A stretch of 38,229 nucleotides of DNA from positions 1 to 38,229 of the forward strand of contig JAHOYS010000164.1 in assembly GCA_019038815.1 (NCBI GenBank), given 5' to 3'. Under the pieces are notes generated by a model. The model was not told the origin of the DNA and made no database searches. It saw only the letters and a program-made list of their open reading frames with translations. Shown piece by piece: positions 1-7,129 of the stretch (its first letter is position 1; every line of letters begins with the position of its first letter). The translations under genes were made by a program, and so were the position numbers. The stretch comes from Desulfobacterales bacterium (GTDB lineage: Bacteria; Desulfobacterota; Desulfobacteria; Desulfobacterales; Desulfobacteraceae).

Positions 1-200
1 TTGGAGACAGCTGAAATGTCGGAGGGAGGCCACCGCGTAGCGGTTTAGTTCAATAATGTATACATCACATTTTTCGAATCCCCGGATATTTTTTTGAAAA
101 ATCCAGTTACTCTTTACAAAAGTTGATTTGTTGAAATATCTTTACAGGCATTGGAAATAATGGTACGGAGTTCTTGATTCAAATTTTAAATACTTCTGGT

Positions 201-230
201 TGTATATCATTCAATTTTGCATGATATACA
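201..230. promoter_or_regulatory. perfect 10-bp inverted repeat (candidate operator) upstream of the 282..1301 ORF
   Basis: TGTATATCAT (201-210), 10-nt spacer, ATGATATACA (221-230); lies about 50 nt upstream of the ATG at 282. Confidence 0.5.
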
Positions 231-281
231 GATCTGTACGATTACTTAGTTTCGGTTTCAAAAATCAAAAAGGAGAAAACA

Positions 282-1301
282 ATGAATACAGAATTTCATT
301 ATTGGTTTACCGGATTAATTGCGAAAAAGGCTGGATTTAGTGATAAGGAGGCATCAACTATTGCCTACGCCTCTGAATATGTAGATGAAAATGATGTTTC
401 TTTTCGGATAAAAAATCAGGCTGGAGGCGAATATTCAAATCATATAAGTCAAACAATGAATATTTTGAAACCCAAAAACAAGTTATTGCGAATTTACCCG
501 GTTTTTCATTTCATTCCAGGGGATCCGAATTATAGAAGGGCCAGAAGAAAAGACGGCAAAATGCATCTTTTGAATACAACCCCCAATAGTGAAAATGCCA
601 ATGAAATAATTGGGGAAGCTTTCAAGTCCCACAAGGATACACGAGTGTATAGAATTGGAATTGCATCGCATAGCTATGTTGATACATGGGCACATCAAAA
701 TTTTGTCGGTTGGTATGACGATTTCAATAACATTGGCTTAGATCTTAAACCGGACATCGGTCATGCCGATGGAGAGCATCATCCTGACTGGATCAGTCAT
801 AGGTGGATTGATAATAGGTTAGTAGACTCTGAAGTGAACAACAGGTCTCGTTTTCTTTCTGCATCAAAGGCCCTTTTTGAAAAGTACTGCGAATATATAA
901 AAAATGAAAAACAACAAGATAACTCGTCCGAATGGGAGAAGCTTGAACCCGTATTAGCGGATCTTATGGGCTCGACCTATACAGGAAATCGATGTAAATA
1001 CAAGAACCAACGATTGGAAAAATATAAAAAAATTTCGGGAGAGTACCTCCCGGAATTTGACGAGCGAGAATGGTTTGATGAAGCTATCAAAACAAAAGTT
1101 CGTGGAATGAAGGATTCTCATGGAGAATTTAAAGAAAAATTTACTATATTCGAAGATGAATATTATTGGCATGATGAAGATAACAAAGAGAAAACCGATT
1201 GGTATAGATTTCAAGAGGCAGTTAAAGAGAATCAGCGGAGTGCCATCAAATTACTGAGTCCTACTTTTAAGAAAATGGGTGTCGATTTGTCAACATCATA
1301 A
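282..1301 (+). CDS. DUF6765-like hypothetical protein, putative metal-dependent hydrolase
   Basis: 339-aa ORF with AGGAG RBS. N-terminus FHY...AGFS...IAYASEYVD and motifs HSYVDTWAHQNF and IGHAD..HHPD resemble the DUF6765 family from memory; the His/Asp pattern recalls Zn phospholipase C/P1 nuclease folds. Confidence 0.65.
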   Translation: MNTEFHYWFTGLIAKKAGFSDKEASTIAYASEYVDENDVSFRIKNQAGGEYSNHISQTMNILKPKNKLLRIYPVFHFIPGDPNYRRARRKDGKMHLLNTTPNSENANEIIGEAFKSHKDTRVYRIGIASHSYVDTWAHQNFVGWYDDFNNIGLDLKPDIGHADGEHHPDWISHRWIDNRLVDSEVNNRSRFLSASKALFEKYCEYIKNEKQQDNSSEWEKLEPVLADLMGSTYTGNRCKYKNQRLEKYKKISGEYLPEFDEREWFDEAIKTKVRGMKDSHGEFKEKFTIFEDEYYWHDEDNKEKTDWYRFQEAVKENQRSAIKLLSPTFKKMGVDLSTS

Positions 1302-1480
1302 AGATCTTAGGAAATGTTTATGAAATCAACGACCACCTCTTAAAAGATTTGGTACTAGTGGATGGCAGCGGGTTCAACTCCCGCTTCAAGAAAAAAGGCA
1401 TACCCTGTTCTCTATTCTGAATAATAAAAAAATCTGGAGATAAATTTAAGGCATTTTCTAAGAGGCAAGGTAAATCAATT

Positions 1481-1546
1481 GCGCACTACTGCGCACGAAC
1501 GCCCACTACAATCTGAAACATAACTTATTGATTTTATAGGAATAAT
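1481..1546. mobile_element. probable attachment-site arm of an element integrated at the 3' end of selC
   Basis: Three imperfect repeats with 10-bp period (GCGCACTACT/GCGCACGAAC/GCCCACTACA, 1481-1510) and an exact IHF consensus match on the minus strand (AATCAATAAGTTA = WATCAANNNNTTR, 1521-1533) directly beyond the tRNA CCA end; no integrase gene in the window. Confidence 0.55.
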
Positions 1547-1644
1547 TGGCGGAAGTGCATGGGAATCGAACCCACCCGGGACGGTTCTAGCGCCCCACAT
1601 CGGATTTGAAGTCCGAGGGCCCCACCAGTGAGCCGCGCACTTCC
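1547..1644 (-). tRNA. selC: tRNA-Sec (anticodon UCA)
   Basis: 98 nt; 8-bp acceptor stem GGAAGTGC/GCACTTCC, anticodon arm TCGGA-CTTCAAA-TCCGA, long variable arm, T-arm GTGGG-TTCGATT-CCCAT, encoded GCCA 3' end. Confidence 0.97.
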
Positions 1645-1663
1645 GCATCAAAACAAGGAAAAC

Positions 1664-1691
1664 AGTATACCTGAAGAGCCTTATTTGTCAA
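1664..1691 (-). promoter_or_regulatory. sigma-70-type promoter of selC
   Basis: Minus strand TTGACA (1691-1686), 16 nt, TATACT (1669-1664), about 20 nt upstream of the tRNA 5' end. Confidence 0.75.
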
Positions 1692-1811
1692 CTTGTTTTA
1701 CAGTTTTCCATTTTAAGTTGCAAAAAGAATTTGTGATGTTTTTCAACTGATTTTTATTTAAAAGTTTGATGTCCCTGGATTACATTTTTGGAAAATTAAA
1801 AAAATATGGTG

Positions 1812-2144
1812 CTATTTTTTGAACCTTATGGCCGCATCTTTGGGAAGTGCAAGACCGACACTCACTTCCAGTGCTTTTAAAATACCGGATATTACAGGAC
1901 ATGACACATGGGGAATTGTTTTCAGCGAAACATCAAGCACCTGGGAATTAAGTACCCCTGTTTTTTTGTCTTTAAATAGTTCAGTCATCATATTCAGTTC
2001 TTTTCCACCCAGAACAGCATCGACTTTTTTCCAATTGGGACATTCACTCTTTAACCGGAAAGAGGCCTTATAACCGCTCTTGTCTTCAGCATGGACCATG
2101 GTGGTGAATCCACAAATACCACTATCTATTTCAACAATAACCAT
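1812..2144 (-). CDS. small Cys-containing hypothetical protein (DUF6951-like)
   Basis: 110 aa, 20 nt downstream of the methyltransferase gene; motifs GICGF, SECP, HVSCPV..GILKALEV..GLALPKD recalled as DUF6951. Confidence 0.7.
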   Translation of the reverse strand: MVIVEIDSGICGFTTMVHAEDKSGYKASFRLKSECPNWKKVDAVLGGKELNMMTELFKDKKTGVLNSQVLDVSLKTIPHVSCPVISGILKALEVSVGLALPKDAAIRFKK

Positions 2145-2164
2145 TTTACCTGTGAGACTCCTTT

Positions 2165-3034
2165 TTAAATAATTTCTTTAATTTTCTTTATGTATTTTGG
2201 TGTCGTACCGCAGCAGCCGCCAACAATTTCCACACCAAGTCCTTTAATTTTTTTGATATTGTTTGCAAAAAAGGTTTCGTTCTCTGGATAAAAGACGGCA
2301 TTGTCTTTTGCTGTCTTTGGCATACCGGCATTGGGCATAATTATTACAGGAACATCAACACTCCTTTTAATTTCACCTGCCAGGTCAATCATTGTATCGC
2401 TCCCCATTGAGCAATTGGCTCCAACAGCAGAAGCACCGGCATCAACCAGTGATTTCATACTGTCTTCTGGATTATTTCCAAAAATAGTAAAAAAGCCTTT
2501 TTCCATTTTTTGAAAGGTAAGGGAACAAAAAACCGGCTTTTCAGACACTGATCGAACCGCTTTGATGGCTGCCAATGCAATATTAATATCAAAAATGGTT
2601 TCAATCAGAAAAACATCAACCCCTTCATCTTCAATAAAACCTGCCTGCTGGGCAAAACAGTCCACTGCTTCATTAAATGAAACAGGACCCATGGGCTGAA
2701 GCATATCACCAAGTGAACCTAATTCACCTGCAACGTACTGATTCTCCCCGCAGACTTTTCTTGCAATCTGTACCCCGGTTCGATTCACTTCTTCCACGCT
2801 TTGGGTGACACCCATTTTTTTTAGTTTTATTGCGGATGCACCATATGTATTAGCACTTGCCACATCTGATCCGGCATCATAATAGGCCCGGTGTATCTCC
2901 ATGATGATGTCAGGATGTTTCAAGTTCCATAGTTCAGATGCTTCTCCACCTGTAATACCTTTGCTGATAAGAATTGAGCCCATGGCACCATCAAAAATAA
3001 GACCATTTTTCCGAATTTTTTCAAGAATATTCAT
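2165..3034 (-). CDS. homocysteine S-methyltransferase family protein (stand-alone Hcy-binding domain)
   Basis: Motifs FDGAMG, AGSD..ANTYG, ETIFD, GANC, PNAGMP and GGCCGTTP (Zn ligands). Start moved from 3118 to the ATG at 3034 (MNILEK..., 289 aa), which has a GAGGAGAGG RBS and matches where the domain begins. Confidence 0.9.
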   Translation of the reverse strand: MNILEKIRKNGLIFDGAMGSILISKGITGGEASELWNLKHPDIIMEIHRAYYDAGSDVASANTYGASAIKLKKMGVTQSVEEVNRTGVQIARKVCGENQYVAGELGSLGDMLQPMGPVSFNEAVDCFAQQAGFIEDEGVDVFLIETIFDINIALAAIKAVRSVSEKPVFCSLTFQKMEKGFFTIFGNNPEDSMKSLVDAGASAVGANCSMGSDTMIDLAGEIKRSVDVPVIIMPNAGMPKTAKDNAVFYPENETFFANNIKKIKGLGVEIVGGCCGTTPKYIKKIKEII

Positions 3035-3082
3035 GCCTGACCTCTCCTCTCTCTCCTCAATATTTTTTATGCATACACTATG

Positions 3083-3122
3083 TTTAAAGTCTGATGGCTC
3101 CACCGGTGAGCTGCACACTTCC
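3083..3122 (-). pseudogene. degenerate 5' half of tRNA-Sec
   Basis: GGAAGTGTGCAGCTCACCGGTGGAGCCATCAGACTTTAAA aligns without gaps to the first 40 nt of selC (GGAAGTGCGCGGCTCACTGGTGGGGCCCTCGGACTTCAAA) with 33/40 identities counted by hand; similarity ends at the 3' edge of the anticodon loop. Confidence 0.85.
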
Positions 3123-3154
3123 GTAATTAATTATAGAATTAATAATAAAAAAAT

Positions 3155-3182
3155 AGTATATATTATTCCTTTGATTTATCAA
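3155..3182 (-). promoter_or_regulatory. sigma-70-type promoter upstream of the tRNA-Sec half-copy and methyltransferase
   Basis: Minus strand TTGATA (3182-3177), 16 nt, TATACT (3160-3155); same -10 and spacer length as the selC promoter. Confidence 0.6.
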
Positions 3183-3221
3183 GTTGCTTATATAACCCGC
3201 TATTAAATGAAGGAATAATAA

Positions 3222-4361
3222 ATGATAAATTCCCAGAGACTGGCTCAAAGATTCCAGGCCCTTGTTGAAATTGATTCTCTTTCCCGGCAGGAACGGGATG
3301 TTGCATTGGAACTTGAAAAAATATTAACTGCAATGGGTGCAAAGGTTTGTTATGACACTGCCGGGGAACAGGTGGGCGGCAATTGCTCAAACCTTGTGGC
3401 AAAATTTAAGGGAAGTGTTGATGCAGACCCGATATTTTTATGCGGTCACATGGACACGGTGGGACCGGGAAAGGGTATAAAAGTCCGGTTTAAGGACGGT
3501 ATTTTTAGAAGTGACGGAACTACCATTTTAGGTGCGGATGACAAATCAGCCCTTGCTATCATTCTTGAAGTTATGGATGTAATTTTTGAAAATAAAATAG
3601 ATTACCCGCCGGTTGAGATTATTTTTACGATTTGTGAAGAAATCGGTCTTTTAGGAGCAAAGCATTTTGATTATTCCTTAATGGATTCAAAGTTTGGTTA
3701 TATTCTTGATTCAACCGATACACACGGGATTGTTACAAAAGCCCCTTCTGCAAACAAAATCACTATTAAAATATATGGCAAGGCTGCCCATGCAGGCGCA
3801 GTGCCGGAAAATGGGGTTAATGCCATTTGGATCGCATCTAAAGCTATTGCCGGACTCAAGTTGGGCCGCATTGATGAAGAGACCACCTGTAATCTTGGAA
3901 CAATAAAAGGTGGAGTCGCCACCAATATTGTCCCTGACTTTGTTGAAATCTGCGGAGAAGCAAGAAGTCATGATGTGGAAAAATTAAAAAGAGTTACAGA
4001 CAGTATTGTAAATGCGTTTCAGGATACAGCAGAAAAGTTTAAAGACGATTCAGATCTTCCCAGGATAGAAGCCATAGTTGAGAATGATTTTCCCAATACC
4101 AATATTTTAGAAGATCACAAGGCCATTCAACTTGCCAGGAAAGCTGCAGACAATCTTGGCATTGTTTTGGAAAGCAAGACCATTGGCGGAGGTGCAGATG
4201 CAAATATATTTTTTGGCAAAGGCATTGTTGCCGGAGTCCTCGGGACCGGCATGACCGATGTTCACACCGTAAATGAATCTATAGACATCAAGGATATGGA
4301 GGCTTCAGCAGAACTGGTACTTGAGATTTTAAAGGTTCATGCAGCAGGAGAAATATCATAG
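3222..4361 (+). CDS. M20 family metallopeptidase (PepT-like tripeptidase)
   Basis: Metal-ligand motifs GHMDTV, GADDK, EEIG, HAG, GGGAD and C-terminal HTVNE. Confidence 0.9.
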   Translation: MINSQRLAQRFQALVEIDSLSRQERDVALELEKILTAMGAKVCYDTAGEQVGGNCSNLVAKFKGSVDADPIFLCGHMDTVGPGKGIKVRFKDGIFRSDGTTILGADDKSALAIILEVMDVIFENKIDYPPVEIIFTICEEIGLLGAKHFDYSLMDSKFGYILDSTDTHGIVTKAPSANKITIKIYGKAAHAGAVPENGVNAIWIASKAIAGLKLGRIDEETTCNLGTIKGGVATNIVPDFVEICGEARSHDVEKLKRVTDSIVNAFQDTAEKFKDDSDLPRIEAIVENDFPNTNILEDHKAIQLARKAADNLGIVLESKTIGGGADANIFFGKGIVAGVLGTGMTDVHTVNESIDIKDMEASAELVLEILKVHAAGEIS

Positions 4362-5570
4362 ATGATCGCTTATGTTGATATGTTTTCCGGTATCAGCGGG
4401 GATATGACCTTAGGAGCCTTGATTGATCTTGGGGTGCCTGTTGACTGGTTAAAAGAAGAATTGTCCCGTGTTTTAAAAGGATTCCGACTAAAGACAAGCA
4501 TCGTATATAAGCATCATTTAAAGGCAACAGACTTAATTGTGGATGTTAATGATGAAGAAGAATCATCAAGGAACTACAAAGATATTAAGGCCTTGATTAA
4601 AAACAGTTCCCTGCCTGAAAAGGTGAAGGAGAACAGTCTTTTAGCCTTTAAAAAAATAGCCCGGGCCGAGTCGAAAATTCATGGCACAGATATGGAAACA
4701 GTTCATTTTCATGAAATCGGCGGCATAGATTCCATTGTTGATATTATTGGATCTTTTCTGGCTGTGGAGTATCTTGGCATTAAAAAGGTATATGCATCCC
4801 CTGTTCCTTTAGGATCAGGATTTGTGATGTGTTCCCATGGGAAAATACCGGTTCCTGTCCCGGCAACCGTGGCTATTTTAAAAGGTATACCTGTCAACTC
4901 CTCGGATGCAAAGACAGAGATTGTTACACCGACAGGGGCAGCTATTATTACCACTCTTGCTTCCTCTTTCGGGGACTTGCCGGAAATGATCATACAAAAG
5001 GTCGGCTATGGTTCAGGGAAAAGAGATACCGGTTCAAGCCTTCCCAATCTGCTGCGCATTATTCTGGGAGAAAAAAGGGCAGATCAAAAAGGAAAGGTAA
5101 CAGCTGTTCAAAAACAAGTCATTCATATTGTCAAAACAAACGTGGATGACATGAATCCGGAAATTTTAGGATTTTTAATGGAAACCCTGTTTGAAAACAA
5201 GGCTCTTGATGTCTGTTACGTTCCGGTTCAGATGAAGAAAAACAGACCCGGGACCCAGATCGAGGTAATCTGCCGCAAAGAGGATCTGGATAATATTGTG
5301 CATATAATACTTACCCAGACCACATCCATCGGAGTGAGATATCATGAATGTGAACGATCCTTTCTTTTAAGGGAAAAGGCTTTTGTTAAAACCTTGTATG
5401 GCAAATTGCAGGTAAAAAAAATAACCAATCCTGATGATAGTATCCGGTTTGTTCCAGAGTATGATGTTGCAAAAAAGATCGCAATAGAAAAAAAGATTTC
5501 GTTAAAAGAAGTTTACAGCCAGATTTTATCTGATGCCAATCCACTTGGTCAACCTCTTGACAGGGACTGA
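4362..5570 (+). CDS. larC: nickel pincer cofactor biosynthesis protein LarC
   Basis: N-terminal FSGISGDMTLGAL, VHFHEIGGIDSIVDI, HG.IPVPVPAT, TPTGAA, NVDDM.PE, MKK.RPG, TTSIGVR, PEYD. Confidence 0.9.
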   Translation: MIAYVDMFSGISGDMTLGALIDLGVPVDWLKEELSRVLKGFRLKTSIVYKHHLKATDLIVDVNDEEESSRNYKDIKALIKNSSLPEKVKENSLLAFKKIARAESKIHGTDMETVHFHEIGGIDSIVDIIGSFLAVEYLGIKKVYASPVPLGSGFVMCSHGKIPVPVPATVAILKGIPVNSSDAKTEIVTPTGAAIITTLASSFGDLPEMIIQKVGYGSGKRDTGSSLPNLLRIILGEKRADQKGKVTAVQKQVIHIVKTNVDDMNPEILGFLMETLFENKALDVCYVPVQMKKNRPGTQIEVICRKEDLDNIVHIILTQTTSIGVRYHECERSFLLREKAFVKTLYGKLQVKKITNPDDSIRFVPEYDVAKKIAIEKKISLKEVYSQILSDANPLGQPLDRD

Positions 5571-5591
5571 TACAGAATATAGAACTGCAAA

Positions 5592-6056
5592 ATGACCTTA
5601 AACTCAAAACTCATAATATTTTTTGCCACAGGATGCTATTCAGGTAAAATTCCTTTTGCACCCGGTACGTTTGGAACCATTGCAGCTATTCCTTTTGCAC
5701 TTGTTTTTTTAATCATTCCTTCATCTTTTTATGGGATTTATATTGCAGGCTTAATTCTTGCCGCCATTTATTTTTCAGATCAGGCTGAAAAGATATTGGG
5801 CAAGAAAGATCCAGGCTGTATTGTTATTGACGAGATTGCAGGATTTGTGGTGACCATGTCGTGGGTTCCCGTTAATATTTATACGCTTATGGCCGGTTTT
5901 TTCATATTCCGGTTTTTTGATATTGTAAAATTTGGACCCGTGAAATATTTTGAAAATAATTTTTCAGGGGGCGCAGGAGTTGTTTTGGATGATATTATGG
6001 CAGGTGTTTTATCTGCACTGGTGTTAAAAATTCTATATTTATCAGGTATATTTTAG
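5592..6056 (+). CDS. pgpA: phosphatidylglycerophosphatase A
   Basis: [28 protein letters not shown] and GVVLDD motifs; hydrophobic; adjacent to recA. Confidence 0.93.
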   Translation: MTLNSKLIIFFATGCYSGKIPFAPGTFGTIAAIPFALVFLIIPSSFYGIYIAGLILAAIYFSDQAEKILGKKDPGCIVIDEIAGFVVTMSWVPVNIYTLMAGFFIFRFFDIVKFGPVKYFENNFSGGAGVVLDDIMAGVLSALVLKILYLSGIF

Positions 6057-6066
6057 GAGAAAAGGG

Positions 6067-7101
6067 ATGGATAAAAATTTGGAAAAAGAAAAAGCTGTAA
6101 AAACGGCAATGAGCCAGATCGAACGTCAATTTGGCAAAGGATCTATCATGAAGCTTGGCGGCAGGGCAATTGAAGCTGTTCCTGTCATTCGAACAGGCTC
6201 CCTTGCCCTGGATAAAGCCCTTGGGGTCGGCGGATATCCACGGGGCAGGGTGATTGAGATATATGGCCCGGAATCTTCGGGTAAGACAACCCTGGCGCTT
6301 CATGCAGTTGCCCAGGCGCAAAAGAGCGGCGGTATTGCAGCCTTTATTGATGCCGAGCATGCCCTGGATGTGGCTTATGCCAAACGCCTGGGAGTGGATT
6401 GTGACGAACTTTTAGTGTCCCAGCCCGATACAGGGGAGCAGGCTCTTGAAATTGCAGATATGCTGGTCAGAAGCGGCGGTGTCGATATCATGGTTGTAGA
6501 CTCTGTGGCAGCCCTTGTGCCAAGAGCTGAAATTGAAGGAGACATGGGGGATTCCCACATGGGGCTCCAGGCACGACTTATGTCCCAGGCTTTAAGAAAG
6601 CTTGCCGGCACCATTGGCAAGACCAATACCACTCTCATCTTTATCAATCAGATCCGGATGAAAATCGGTGTGGTCTATGGCAATCCTGAAACCACTACAG
6701 GCGGCAATGCCTTGAAATTTTATTCATCCATGCGCCTTGAAATCAGAAGAGCCTCTCCGATAAAAGAAGGCCAGGAAATCATCGGGAACCGGACCAGGGT
6801 AAAGGTTGTGAAAAACAAACTGGCCCCTCCGTTTAAAAATGTGGAATTTGATCTCATGTACGGAGAAGGCATTTCAAGAACCGGGGATCTGCTTGACATG
6901 GGCGCTGAACTTGAAATTGTTGACAAGAGCGGATCATGGTATTCATTTGAAGGTGAAAGAATCGGTCAGGGAAGAGAAAATGTAAAACTCTTTTTAATTG
7001 ACAATCCGGATATATTTGAAAAAATTGAAATCCAGGTCCGTGAAAAACTTGGAATTGCAGCGCCTGGCAGCAATGATAAGAACAGTGAACCCAAAGCATA
7101 A
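6067..7101 (+). CDS. recA: recombinase RecA
   Basis: GPESSGKTT Walker [40 protein letters not shown]. Confidence 0.99.
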   Translation: MDKNLEKEKAVKTAMSQIERQFGKGSIMKLGGRAIEAVPVIRTGSLALDKALGVGGYPRGRVIEIYGPESSGKTTLALHAVAQAQKSGGIAAFIDAEHALDVAYAKRLGVDCDELLVSQPDTGEQALEIADMLVRSGGVDIMVVDSVAALVPRAEIEGDMGDSHMGLQARLMSQALRKLAGTIGKTNTTLIFINQIRMKIGVVYGNPETTTGGNALKFYSSMRLEIRRASPIKEGQEIIGNRTRVKVVKNKLAPPFKNVEFDLMYGEGISRTGDLLDMGAELEIVDKSGSWYSFEGERIGQGRENVKLFLIDNPDIFEKIEIQVREKLGIAAPGSNDKNSEPKA

Positions 7102-7129
7102 TCTATATTAGTGAATTAGGAGTTGTGAC

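Noticed and set aside
28-50. Short hairpin ACCGC-GTA-GCGGT resembling a REP/attC-type core
   Set aside because: Single short copy at the window edge, no integron R/L boxes recognised; cannot be assigned
3035-3118. 28-aa N-terminal extension of the methyltransferase in the ORF track (start 3118)
   Set aside because: It runs through the tRNA-Sec half-copy and the RBS; the ATG at 3034 has a strong RBS and coincides with the domain start
3083-3122. Functional ochre-suppressor tRNA (UUA anticodon)
   Set aside because: No anticodon stem pairing, T-arm, acceptor 3' strand or CCA follows
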